64,000 bases of DNA, taken from an uncultured Clostridium sp. GTDB taxonomy: Bacteria > Bacillota > Clostridia > TANB77 > CAG-508. Of this stretch, positions 38,461-52,600 are shown in pieces; the stretch's first letter is position 1; each line of letters starts with the position of its first letter. The DNA lies in NCBI GenBank assembly GCA_947573555.1, contig CANPFO010000002.1, forward strand, positions 1,276 through 65,275, read 5' to 3'. Position numbers and translations under genes: made by a program. The notes beneath the pieces are model-generated. The model ran no database searches. It had not been told where the DNA came from and saw only the letters and a program-made list of their open reading frames with translations.

Positions 38461-38467
38461 AAAAATA

Positions 38468-39739
38468 TTATTTTCTTTTTTTCTTTATTTTATGTTTTTT
38501 CTTTTTATTATTGTTAGAATTAGTTAATAGTTTATACAATAAATATAAAATAAATATTACTAAAATTATTTGAATAATCAATGAAAAAGAACTAGAAGGC
38601 TCAACACTATGTGAAGCAATTAAGTCTGATGAATATTCAATTCCATCAATATTGTATTTAATTTTTCCAACTATCTGATTTTGAGCAATTGGAGCTAATA
38701 AATTAGGTTCTACTTCTATTTCAGAAGTAAATTCTGTATCTAAATCATTCTTAGATATTAGAGCAGTAATGTCTTGGGTAAGTTGTAAATTTAAACATTT
38801 TGTTTCTTTAGTTGCATTATTAATTTCAATTTCGGTTGCAACAGCATTTTTTTCTCTTAATTTTCTTATTGTAAAGTTATCATAACCATAATTAAATATC
38901 GATTTTGTATCAATAAACCTTGCGCTCAAATTATCAGGATATAATCCAGCAGAAAGGACAACACATATTAATTCTAAATTATCTTTATTAGAAACAGAAA
39001 CTAGACAGTTTTTAGCTGGAGTTGTGTATCCAGTTTTTCCAGCAATTGCATATTTATAATAATAATTACTAGCTACATCTCTATTATCATACCTTAATAA
39101 TTCATTTGTTGTATTAAAAACTCTTTCTTCATATTTATTTGTAGCAGGAATTGTACAATATTTTAAAGTTTCTAAACTTCTAAATGTAGAGTTTTTCATA
39201 CAATATTTCATTATTATAGCTAAATCGTATGCCGTTGTATAATGATTTTTATCATGCATTCCACTAGGATTTACAAAATGAGTATTCTTTAGACCTAATT
39301 CAGATATTTTATTATTCATCAATGTCGAAAATGCTTCTAATGAACTAGAAACATGATATGCTAAAACATTTGCAGCATCATTAGCTGAATATACTAACAT
39401 CATTTGTAATAATTGATTAACTGTACATTGTTCACCAGCTTGTAATGCTGCAACAGAATATCCAGAAGGAATTGATGAGATGGCTTCATATGGTACAGTG
39501 ACAATATCTTCTAAATTACAATTTTCTATTACTAAAATTGCTGTAAGAATCTTAGTCGTACTTGCTGGATACATTTTTTCAGTAGCGTTTTTTGAATATA
39601 AAATTTTCTCACTTGAACTATCTATCAAAATTGCAGCGTCAGCTATTATATTTGGCTCATTTACAGCATAGCAGCTTATAGAACTATTTAAAATAAAAAT
39701 CAACATAATTAAAATTAATGATACTATTTTATTTTTCAT
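38468..39739 (-). CDS. D-alanyl-D-alanine carboxypeptidase (PBP5-type serine peptidase)
   Basis: SxxK ASTTK, SGM/N motif NPSGMH, KTG motif GKTGYT, and a C-terminal membrane anchor. GGAGA RBS before ATG 39739. Confidence 0.85.
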   Translation of the reverse strand: MKNKIVSLILIMLIFILNSSISCYAVNEPNIIADAAILIDSSSEKILYSKNATEKMYPASTTKILTAILVIENCNLEDIVTVPYEAISSIPSGYSVAALQAGEQCTVNQLLQMMLVYSANDAANVLAYHVSSSLEAFSTLMNNKISELGLKNTHFVNPSGMHDKNHYTTAYDLAIIMKYCMKNSTFRSLETLKYCTIPATNKYEERVFNTTNELLRYDNRDVASNYYYKYAIAGKTGYTTPAKNCLVSVSNKDNLELICVVLSAGLYPDNLSARFIDTKSIFNYGYDNFTIRKLREKNAVATEIEINNATKETKCLNLQLTQDITALISKNDLDTEFTSEIEVEPNLLAPIAQNQIVGKIKYNIDGIEYSSDLIASHSVEPSSSFSLIIQIILVIFILYLLYKLLTNSNNNKKKKHKIKKKRK

Positions 39740-39827
39740 ACTTTTATCTCCATATAAATATTTATTCAAATATATAATATTTTATCGAAAAATGCAACCA
39801 TTTAATGAAAGTATAGAAGGGAGAATT

Positions 39828-40451
39828 ATGAAAATATTAGAAAATAAAAAATTTTTATACATAATAGTAGGTGTAATAATTGTAATAATAGCCTACTATA
39901 TATTTACAAAAGAAGACAGTTATATAGAAAAAGATTTAAATGTAAACATAAATAATGAAAACGAAAAACAGAATGAAATTAAAAATAAAATAAAAGTATA
40001 CATAACAGGAGCTGTAAAGAATCAAGGAGTATATGAAGTAGAAGAACAGAGTAGAATTGCAGATGTAATAAAAATAGCAGGAGGTATAACTGAAATTGGT
40101 AGTATAGAAGATATTAATTTAGCTTATATCGTAGAAGATGGAATTAAAATATATATACCAAATAAAGGAGAAAATGTTACAAATGATAATACTGAAACTT
40201 ATATTACTAAGGAAAATAACAGTTTAGAGAACCAAGAAAAATCTAGCAATCCTAAATCGAATAGGATTAATATAAATACAGCAACTCAGACAGAATTAGA
40301 AAAATTGCCTGGAATAGGCCCAGCAACAGCATTAAAAATAATTGAATATAGAAAAGAAAATGGAAAATTTAAAGAAATAGGTGATATAAAAAATGTAAAA
40401 GGAATAGGGGATAATAAGTTTTTAAAAATAAAAGAATATATAAATGTGTGA
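39828..40451 (+). CDS. comEA: ComEA-family DNA-binding protein
   Basis: TM anchor, SLBB-like IKVYITGAVKNQGVYEVEEQSRIADVIKIAGG, and a C-terminal double HhH INTATQTELEKLPGIGPATALKIIEYRKENGKF...VKGIG. Confidence 0.85.
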   Translation: MKILENKKFLYIIVGVIIVIIAYYIFTKEDSYIEKDLNVNINNENEKQNEIKNKIKVYITGAVKNQGVYEVEEQSRIADVIKIAGGITEIGSIEDINLAYIVEDGIKIYIPNKGENVTNDNTETYITKENNSLENQEKSSNPKSNRININTATQTELEKLPGIGPATALKIIEYRKENGKFKEIGDIKNVKGIGDNKFLKIKEYINV

Positions 40452-40673
40452 TAAAATGTTGTATTCCGTAGTATTTTGAAAGTTGTTTAATAAATTTGTT
40501 ACAGACTTTTAACATAAATGTTTTATATATAGTAAAAATGCCATCAATTGAAGTTCCGTAGATAGTTAGAAGACAATTAGAACAGTGGTAGTTAAATGGC
40601 ATATTGAATTTTAAGCAAAAACTCTCTAAAATAAAATTAATAATTATATAAACATTGTGTGAAAGGAAGAAAA

Positions 40674-43600
40674 ATGATGAGAGAAAAAGGAAGAAAAATT
40701 CAAATCAAAGTAATGTCTATAATTGGAACTTTGCTAGCAATATTATGCTTAATTGCATATGCAACTCAAAATATGAGTGTTAAAGTAGCTAGTGTGCCAA
40801 AAATAGAAGCTTATGAAAATGCAGATATTACATTAAAAGTTAGTCAAACACCTAATTTAGATGTTATTTTAACAAAGAGTAAAACAGCTATTGATGTAAC
40901 TACATTTGAAGCTAATTTAAAGAAAGAATTAGTTAAGCAAAATGTAATGACACAAGCTGAAATTGATAGTGGAAAACTTAAAATATCAGCTGTTTCAACA
41001 CAAAATGTAACATCTCAAAATAATTTTAGTTGGACAAGAGATGTTAAGCATACTGATGACAAAGATACTAACATAGGAAGTATAGATATAACTAATAATG
41101 GAAAAGACATATTAATGAAAGGAAACTTTAGGAATGCAGGAAAGAATGCTATTTGGATAATGCCTGAAAATGACACAGAGCAAGAATTTACTTTTAATTA
41201 TAATATAGATTTTGGTGATAGCTTTGCAGCAGCAGGTATGCTTTTAAGAGTACAAAGAGTTGGTAATTATATAGAAGGATATTTACTTTCATTTAACAAT
41301 CCTAACGATACTAATTCAACCAAAGGCGCATGGTACTGGGCAACAGGAGAAAAAGGTGAGAGAACAAAGGGTGCTTTATGGAAATTTAAATATAAGATAG
41401 GGGATAATTCAACTCCTTTTTCAGTAGGTTATGATACTACATTATTACAGAAATTAGATATAAATAAGAGTGGTACATTAAATATTAAAGTAAGTGATAC
41501 AGAAATAAAAATTATAGGAGGAGGAGTTAATACTACATATACATTCCCACAAGGAAGAAGTTATGGAACTGGATATGGATTCTTCTCAGCTCATTATAAA
41601 CATAGTTGTGAAAAGTATGGAGAATTTTCATTAAGAAACATAAATTTAAAAACTACATCAGTTAAAAAATTTACAGAAATATTACAAGCTCCAGACTGGA
41701 GAAATGGTTCTGCAAAAGTATTAGTAAATGTAGAAGATGGATTAAATCCTCAATTCTCAGATAAAGATGAATTAGCAGCAATAGTAGCGAAATTGATGAA
41801 CAATGATGTTTATTATATAGGATGGGGAACAAATACAAATCAATCACAAATAAATGATTTAATACAAAAGAATGATAATAAAGGTACATATATTGCAAAT
41901 TCTTCAAGCGAGGCAATACAAGCAACAGTAGACTATATAAAAACTTTATTAGGAGAAAATGTAACAAATAAAGTAATAGCAGGAGAACCTACAAGAGTAG
42001 AAATTACTACACCAGAAGGAGGAGTAGTAACACCAACTGATGAATTCCCAAGTGGAGTATGGAAAGTAATACATGATTATAACTATTATGAAAATCCACA
42101 GGGACAATATGAGAAAGATGGACTATATTCAAATGAATTAATAAGCTCATTCGATAATGTAGGTAAATATACTATTCTTTTTGAAGATAAATATGTAACA
42201 GACATATATGCACATAGAAGACCAGTATCATCATTTAGTTTAAAACTACGTGGTACAGATTTAAAATTAAATAGTACTTCTTATGATTTAGATATAGAAG
42301 TAGAGTCAGAAGAATATGATATACAAAAAGCAAATAATGGAATAAAAACTGAAAAATGGGAATACAAAAAAGTAAATGATGTAAATAATGAATGGACAGA
42401 AATACCAAGTGAAGGTGTAGGAAAAACAGCTACAGCTACATTAGAAGAAAATACAGATTATATAATAAAATTAACAGTAACAGATTATCAAGGAGTATCT
42501 ACAGAATCAACAAAATATGTAACAACAGAAAATAAAGAAACAACTCCAATAGCATCATTTAAAATTATAAACAAAACAATATCTAAATATGAAAAGTTAG
42601 AAATCATAGATGAATCTTATGACCCATCAGGAGCGGATTTAACTTATAGTTGGAAAGTAAAAAGACAAGGAGCATCAAGCTATGTGTATACAGGAAACAC
42701 ACCACTAACAAACTTTAATAGTTCATCATATGGAGAAGGAAAATACACAATAGAATTAACTGTTTCAAAAACATATAATGGAAAAACAATAACATCAGAA
42801 GTATTTTCACAAGATATAGAAATAACAAAAGATACAACAGCTCCAATAGTTATAATAAATCCAGTAACAAAATATGCATATAATGAAAATATAGATATAT
42901 CAGTTGATTTTAAAGATAATGAGAGTGGTTTAAAATCATATAAATATGTAATAAATAAAAATAATACACCAGCAGAAGAAAGTGAATATAAAGAAGTAAC
43001 TTTATCAGGAAAAGAAACAATTGAGACAATAACAATACCTTCAAATCAATGGGATGAAAATTTATATTTACATATAATAGCAGAAAACAATGAAGGTGTA
43101 AAAACAGAAGAAAGAATAGTTGGAAAATATTATATAGAACCAACATACGAAGTAATTGTTCAAGCAATAGATAATACAGATAGAAATATAGTACAAAATG
43201 CAACATATAATATTCAAGCTGAATATGCAGATGGATCAGTTGTAGATGTTGTTACAAATGCAGTAACAGACAGAAATGGTAAAATAACAATACCAAAGGC
43301 AAAATTACACAAAGCAATAGGGCTAAAAATTGATAATATAGCAGTACCAAATGGATATGATATTGCAGGATATAAAAATGTAGGAATAGATACAACAACT
43401 TATAGTGTTGTATTAGACAACTCAAGAACATCAGGAGATGTAAATGCCAATGTAAGTAATAATGGACAAACATTAACTGTAAAAGTACCTGTATCAAGAA
43501 AGCAATTTGAGCTTAAAATATCAAATGTAGATAGCTTTTTTGGAAATTATATATCTAATTCAGAATTTGTATTAAAACAAAATGGAACAGAAATGGCTAG

Positions 43601-46600
43601 AGGAGTTACAACAGACGGAATAGTAACATTAAAGGGAATTATTGCAGGAGCAAACAAAACAGGAGAATATGTTTTAATACAAGAAAAAGTAAATAGTATA
43701 TATAAAAATATTGGAACAACAACATTAAAAATAGATTTTGATGAAAATGGAAATGTAAAAAAAGTAAGTCAAAAATTATTCGCGACAAATAACGCTGTTG
43801 AAATACCAGACAATACAAAAGCAGAGATAGTTGTAAAAAACGAGAGAATAGATAAGTCATCATTTAATGTAAATATTAATGTTAAAGAAATTGGTACAAA
43901 TAATGCTTTAGAAGGAAGCAAATACAAGATAAAAGTTGAAGGAGCAGATGGATTAGAATATACAACAGTAAGTGAAGCATCAGATGCAAATGGAAATGTA
44001 AGAATTAAAGGGCTATTAGGAACAGGGTTACTAAGACTAACATTTATTCATGAGGAAGCTCCTAAAGGATATGCTGTAAATCCAATAAATGAACATATAA
44101 CAATAGTAAGAAATTCAGATAAATCAATTATATATAGAAGTGCATCAAAAGACGGAATATTTGAAAGAATACAAGATGAAAGCATATATGTTAGATTAAC
44201 AAATACATTAAAGAATGGAACAAATAATTTAAAAATAAAAGTATTTCCAAAAGATAGTTCATTAACTGGACTAGATGGAATAAATGTAAAAGTATATGAG
44301 GTATTAAACAATATTTTAGTTGGAGAAGGCAAGACAGATATTAATGGTATATTTGAAGTAGATGGAATTATAGCACAAGGAAAAGGAGAAGTTATATATA
44401 AAATAGTATCAGATGACAATCAAATAATAACATCACCAATACTTTTCACAATAGACTATGATAATAACAAAAAAATAACATCAGCTTCAAAAATAAAGGC
44501 AGATGATAATGTAAAAGTATATTATTCAGAAGAAGATGCTCAAAATATATATAAATACATAGCAAATGTTGAAATCGGAGTGGAAAATAAAACAATATCT
44601 GGTGATAACAAATTAATTATTATGAAACAAGATGTTGCAGATGGTAAGAAACTAGAAGGAGCTCAATATCAAGTAAAAATTATGACATCAACAATATCTG
44701 CAAATGTATTTACAACAGATGTAAATGGTAGAATAGAAACAAACTTGCCAGAAGATGATAATATAATTGTACAATTAAGAGAAATAGCAGCACCACAAGG
44801 ATATAGAGAAGATACTACTTCTAAAACAGTAGTATTACACAGAAATTCAGAACATAAATTAGAAGTAAAATCATTAAACAATTTAAGCGCTGATAAAGTA
44901 ACAGTAGATAATGATGGAAATTTAAACATTATAGAAGAGAGCAAATCTTTAGACAATGCTTCTGTTGTATTTAAGATGGCTGCTACAAATGAAGACAATT
45001 CATTAAATTTAGGTGGAGTACAATTCAAAATAGTAGAACCAATTACAGGATATGAAGAAATTGTAACTTCAAACGTAGATGGATATATACCAGTTGGAAA
45101 AGTATTTGAAACTTCAGAAGGAAAAAGCTATATTTTTGAAATAACAGAAATATCAACTGTAAGTCCATATGCATTACCAGAAAAACCAATAAAAGTTGAA
45201 GTAAGATTTGAAAAAGATGGAACAGCAGTACAATACAAAGGAACAACATATTTACAAGGAAGCGAATTACTAAGTGAAAAAGTAGCATCTTATGATGCTG
45301 GAAAAAATCAAGTTAATATTTCGCTAAAAGTAATTAATAAAATAGACACAAATGCAAATTTAGGACAAGTTTATGATATAGATATAACTAAAATAGATAA
45401 AGATGGACAAATAGTAAGTGGTTCAAAATATGACATAGAAGTAAGACCATATGCAGAGAGCAGTATTGTAAAAAAAGATTGTAGTATTATTTCAGGAGTA
45501 GAAATATCAAATTTAGCAATAAGACAAGATAAAACAACAATAATATTAAAAGAAGTGAATCCAGCTATTGGATGCAATTTAGATAGTGATATAAAAATAG
45601 CAACAATAGGATTAGATGAAAATGGAAATATTAAAGTAATAAGTGATACAACTTCTAAAGACAATATTACAGTAACACTAGAAAAAGATGAAAATACAGG
45701 AAGAACAATAGTAAAAATAAATATAACAGCAGAAGAAGAAAAGGCAGAGCCAGTGCCAAGTGATTCATATTATATTAAATCTAATAAATATACAATAGTG
45801 AGTGCAACAATAAAAGAAGTAGATTATAATACAACAGCTACAGACTTTTTAGGAAATTTAAACACAAATGGAGCTATGAAAGTATATGACAAAGATGGTA
45901 ATGAAAAACAAGGAAAAGATATAATAATAACAGGAGACATTTTAAAAGTAACATATCAAGGAACAGAATATGTATATGATATTTATGTTAATCCACCAAC
46001 ACCAGAATCTTATTATATTAGATCTGCTAAATATACAATAAAGAGTACAGAAATTGGAAATGTGCCTTTAAATACAGCAGTTGCAGACTTCTTAGTAAAT
46101 ATAGATACAAACGCAACTATGGTACAAGTATATGATGTAGATGGAAATACAAAACAAGGTTTAGATGTAATTGTTGAAGGTGATAAATTACAAACACAAT
46201 TTGATGGAATTACATATGAATATGAAATTCATATTCAACATTATTACATTAGATCTGATAAATATACAGTAACAAATTCAACAATTGAAAATGTTGTTGA
46301 TAGTACAACAGTTAAAAATTTCTTAAAAAATATCAACACAAATGGAACTATGAAAGTATATGATGCAGATGGAAATTTAAAACAAGATACAGATTTAGTT
46401 ATTAAAGGAGAAGAATTACAGGTAGTATATGATGGAAAAACATATATTTATGAAATTTTTGTAAATGATCCAGATGTAACATTAACATTTAATATATATA
46501 ATAGAAGTTATGGAGATTGGACAGAAGAAGGATATATAATAAAAGAGTGTGTCAAACATCCAAATTGTACGAATACTTGTGCTGGAAGATGGATAACAAG

Positions 46601-49600
46601 GAAATCAGAAGATATGCAAACATTTGAAGGTGCACAAAAGCTAATAAGAATATTTGACTTAAAAGGTGATTCTTATGCAAAAGGATTCCAATTTATACAT
46701 GGGTCAAATATAGAAGTACAAGCAAGATTAGTAAACAATGGAATAGTTGATAATGATATATATGAGACAGTTTTAGCAAAGACATCAACTGAGGTTAACA
46801 AAGAAAATGGAACACACAAGGTAGAATTACGCAAAGTTTATACTGATAAAAAGGTAGAATTTACGATAATTCAAAAAGCACCAGGATATAATTATAAAAG
46901 AAATGTAACAGATAGCAAATTTATAATAGAATTTGATAGTGACGGAAAAGTAAAATCTGGAAAAATAATGCAAGGTATCGATATGGAAGACTTTGCAATA
47001 GGCGGAATAAGTGCAGATGGAGTAGTAAATAATATAGAAGTAATAAAAGAAAAATATATCTATACATATTTACCAAAATGGGTAAAGAAACCAAAGGAAA
47101 GTAAGATAGATATATATGATCTTAATGAATATAATAGTATTGGAAAAGATACAATATATATAGGTTTATTAAACAAACAAATAGAAGATAACCAATTACA
47201 AATAAAAGTAAACTTAAAAGACGCAGATACAGAAGAAGGAGTAAATGGACCAGTTAGTGCAATCGTTATGGATACAACAACTCCAGGAGAATCAACATAT
47301 GTTGAAACAAAAACAGAATATATTAATGGAACAGGAACAATAATTTTAGATAATACTTATGCAAATAAAAAATTATCAATTATATTACAACAAACAGAAT
47401 CTGCAACAAAAGGAAATTTAAGATATGTAGATAATTCACATGAACACATTAAATTTGATATTGAATTAGATGATAATGCAGAAATAATATCATTTGAAGA
47501 AACAACTTCAACACCACATTCTGTCAGCCAAAATGTAAATGGACATGTAGTAACATATGATATTTACAATGACTTAATATATAATTTTGCATTAAATCTT
47601 ACAAAATTAGACGAAAATAATAATCCACTACAAGGAGTAAGAGTAGAGACAAATACATCAGTTATAACTAATACACAAACAAATGATAAACATCATGTAT
47701 TCAAATATGGTTCAAAACTAACAGATGAAAATGGAAAAGTTAAATTAAAAGTAGTTTTACCAGAAACAGGTTCATATAAATACTATGGAAAAACTATTGA
47801 AATAGATTTAAATGAATATTATGTACCAGACAATTATAGAGCACAAGAAGGCATGAGAGTAAGAGCGTTATTCGACCAATCAGGAAATATGATTGACTGT
47901 AGTTTAGTACAAGGCGAAGGAGACGATAAATTAAAAATAACTGGACAAAATAATATTGGACCAGACGACATGGAAAGAAATTCATTTGATATAGAAATGA
48001 CAAATAGTAGATTAACAGAAAAGCCATTAATACATATAGAAAATAAAGATATAGATGATGGATCAAAATTAGAAGGAACAAAATATCAAATAACAGTACA
48101 AGACATAAAAGACTATGAAATAAATTCATTAATTATTAATGAAACAAAATACTCACCAGAAACAAACAGTGAAGGACAAACAGATGTAAGATTTGACAAT
48201 GCACATGCATTAAGAACAATGATATACAGAATAAAAGAAGTGCAATCATCAGAATCATACATAACAAATAAAGACATAATATTAAAAGTGCAATTTGATA
48301 GAGAAGGAAAAGTGGCAAAAATTCCAGAAATATTATCATGTCCAAAAATACTAAATGCTAAAAACGAATATGTAAATATAGCTAAAGTAGTAGGAGATGC
48401 AACTGGACATACAGACATCCAAATAGAAATAGTAAATGAATTAAAACCTAAATTTATTATAAATGTATCAAGACAAGATACAAATAATAATGTAATAAGA
48501 GGAAAAGAATTTAAAGCTATTTCAGAAGAAAAAGATGAAAATGGAAATTATACTCAAATTGAAGAAAGATTTTCTAGAGTAACAGATACTGGATATGAAT
48601 TAGGATTTAAACAAGACCCAACATTAAAAACAATTCGTTATACAATATATGAAAAAACAGGAGATGTATATACAGAAAGAGGAAAAACTGAAGTATCATT
48701 TGATAGATATGGAAATGTAATAAATGGAAACATAATAGACCAAAATGCAACAACTAATTACATTACACACCTTGGAGTTATAAAAGATGTAAAATATATT
48801 AATGTAACAATAAAAGCTGAAATATTTAAAATAGGAGTACAAGTTGTTGACAAAAACTCAGCAGGCTATAGTTTAGCAGGATATGCATTTAAAGTAACTA
48901 ATAGCAAGGGCGAAGTAAGTAATATAGAAGCAAAAACAGATTTAGTAGGAAATGTAATAGAAATAGTAGGCGATTGTTATAAAGGAGAAACAATAACATA
49001 TAACTTTGAACAAGTAAGCTCTCCAATAGACTATAACGAAATACCAAACTTTACAATTACAGTAGAATTTAATGATGATGGAACAATAAAAGATTGTACA
49101 CCAGCTACAATAGAAAATGTATATGACCTAATAACAACTAAGAAGCAAAATGATATACAAATGCAAATAAGAATGTGGACAACACCAGCTCTAAGAAATG
49201 AAGTAAAAATGACATTATATGATGATAGTAATCCAAATTTAAAAATTGACAATGGACAATTTAAAATAGAAGTAGCATCAAATTATAGTGCTGAATATGA
49301 GATGACAATAGAGTATGGAGAAGGAAACACAGATTTAGGTTCATATAAAAATTATGTAAACAAAACAGAAACATTTACAATTACTCAAATAGAAGCAGAT
49401 TCAAAATATATGTTAAATGATAAACCTATTCAAATAGCAGTAAAAGTAAACCAAGATGGAATAATTGAAAAAGCAGAAGACATAAGAGTTCTTGCAACAG
49501 ATGGATATGTAGAAATAGATTATTCAAACACAATAGGAACATCAAATATAGTATTAAAAACTGCAAACAGAAGAAAAGAAATAATGAACTTAGAAGTTCA

Positions 49601-52600
49601 TAGTACACAATCAACAGAAGATAAAGTTGCAAATACAGAATTCCAAATAATACAAGAAAATAAATCTGAATTATATTCAGACACACAAACAACAGACATG
49701 AATGGTGAAGCAACATTATATGTAGGACCATATTACAGAGATGAAGAAGTTACATATTTAGTAACAAATACAAAACCATCTCGTGAATTTAAGAAAGTAC
49801 CAGATGCTAGATTTACATTAACATATGATGCAAATGGAAAAGTTACAAGTTATAAAATGCCAGAAGATATGAAAAGGTTTATGAGCATAGACATATTAAA
49901 TAGTAATATTGCTGACATAAAAATAACAATGCAAACAGACCCATTATTAACAATAGGTGTAGACACAGTTGATGAAGTAACTAAGGCTAAATTAATAGGA
50001 GGAAAATTTGAAATTCAACAAGCAGATAATACATCAAAAACAGACACAGTAGTAACATCAGCAAACTCAATATCACATGCAGTAGTAGGAGAAGCAGAAA
50101 CTTCAAAAGTAGTTCAATATAATATTATTGAAAAAGAAGCACCAATTGGATATAAGTATAAAAATAAAGACCAAGTAATTGGCGTAATAGAGATGGAACA
50201 TGATACAGAAGGAAGAATAATTAATGGTACTCAAAAAATAATTGAAGGATATAACTATATAAGAATAAAACCAAATACAGATAAAAATAGAAACTTTGAT
50301 TTAGATATAGAAATAGACTATGAAGAGATTGAGGAATTTAAAATTATAATAGAAAATTACAATATAGTAGATAATACTCAAAAAATACAATCAACATTTA
50401 ATGCTACATTAACAAACCAAGGTTCAACATCTGCAGCAACAGATGCATCAGGAATTGCATTAGTAAACTTTGGAGCAATTAAAAATGTAAGTACAACACA
50501 ATTGTTAACTCTTTCTCAATCAGATGTACCAGTACAATATTCTGCAATTTCACCAATACAAATTCAAATAGAATTTGACGAAAGTGGAAAAATAAAAACA
50601 GTAACACCTCAAACAGGTGATGGAATAGCATCACTTAATACATCTTATACAATAGACTCTACAGGAAGTTACACAATTAAAATAACTGTAAAAAATAGTC
50701 CAACAACACTTATAAGCATAACAAACATATCTGATGGAACAAATACAGTACCATTACAAAGTACAATGACATTAACAAATGAAAGTATAGACTCTATAAC
50801 AATGAATACAGGAGCAGATGGAAAATGCAGTGCAAATATAACATCAGTTCCAAGACCAGGAGATGCATATTATACAATATCTCAAACAAGTGTACAAAGA
50901 GGATATACATTAAATAAAGATATAAGATTAAAAGTTAGCTATGATAGTAATGGAAGAGTATCAGGAGCAACTATAGTATCAGGAGCAAATTATGCAGATG
51001 AAAGTGTAGTCAATGTAACATATACTAGTGATTATCAAGTAGAATTAACAATAAAAAATAAACAAGTATTTGAAATATACTTAGAAGCAGAAGATGCATA
51101 TGATTCAAATATAAAATTAAGTGGAGTAAATGTAAGCATTCAAGAAACAACATATAGCCAAAACATTATACACTTAACAACAGATGAAAACGGATTAGCA
51201 CAAGCAGATTTAGCATCAACTTATGCAGGAACAACTTTAATATATCATGTAAGTATTATTAATAATGTACCAGGATATAGTGTAAAATCTAATACTGTTA
51301 GTGGAGATATAAGTGTAACATTTGATGCTAGTGGATCTGTAATAGCTTGCCAATCTTCAAACCCACAAATTGAAGCAAACTATGGAAGCGGAAAAGCAAT
51401 AGAAGTAAAAGTAAAATATATTCCAGTATTAACATTAAACATAACAAGAAGAAACACAACAACTAATGCAACATTAAGTGGAAGAGAATTAACAGTAAAT
51501 TCAGAGGCTATAGATGCAGAAGGATTAACTGTTACAAAGACAACAGATGCAGATGGAAATGTAAATATTGATAATGCAGGAATAATAACAAATAACAATA
51601 GAATAACATATACAATTACAGAAACACCAGTTGATTCATATACAACAATAGAAAAAATGGAACCAATTACAATAACTGCAAATTATGATAATAATGGTAA
51701 CTTAGCAGGAATAACTACAAATAATAGTACAAATGTAGTTGCTACAGGAACAGGAACAAGAACATTAAATGTTGAAATAGGAAGTAACTCAAAAGCAACA
51801 GTAGCTATTGTAAGTAGTGACTATTATAACCATTTAGAAAGAATTCTAGGAACATTTGAGATAAAATCATCAAAAGGAGAAACAGCAACTATACAAAGTT
51901 CAATGGATACAACTAATATAGTAGAAAAATTAGGAAGATTATATCCAGGAGAAACTATAGAATACATTATAAAACAAACAAAAGTTGATGAAAGATACTA
52001 TGCTATACCAGATACTAAATTCACCGTAGAATATAATGCAAATGGAACAATAGAGACAGTAACATCAGCAAATCCAGATGTTCTTAAAGTAGGACAAATA
52101 AATCAAACTTCAACAGATGCACAAGCAAATATTAATTTTGAAATTTATAATAAACCAGCTCTATTAGTAAATATTGGAGCTTATGATAAACAATATAATA
52201 GTGGAGTATTAGGATTAGAATTCAAGATTAAAGACGAGACATCAGGATATGAAACCCAAGCAGATTCAGTTACAGATGAAAATGGAAATGTAACAATTCC
52301 AGTAGGAGAAGCTTACGAGAATACAACTGTTACATATACAATAACAAATACTAAAACAATGGGTGGATATAAAACAATTCCAACATTCCAAGTTGAAGTA
52401 CAATATGGAGAATTAGGAACAATACTTGAGCAAGGTACAAAGGTAATAAATACACAAATTGCACAGGTAACACAAGGATATAGTGAAAAACTATATAAAG
52501 AATCTAAAACAAGAGGAATTCAAGTAAAAGTTGAAGCCGAGACAGAATTGGGAATAGGAATTATAAAAGTAGATACAGAAGAAAAACCAATAAGCGGAAT

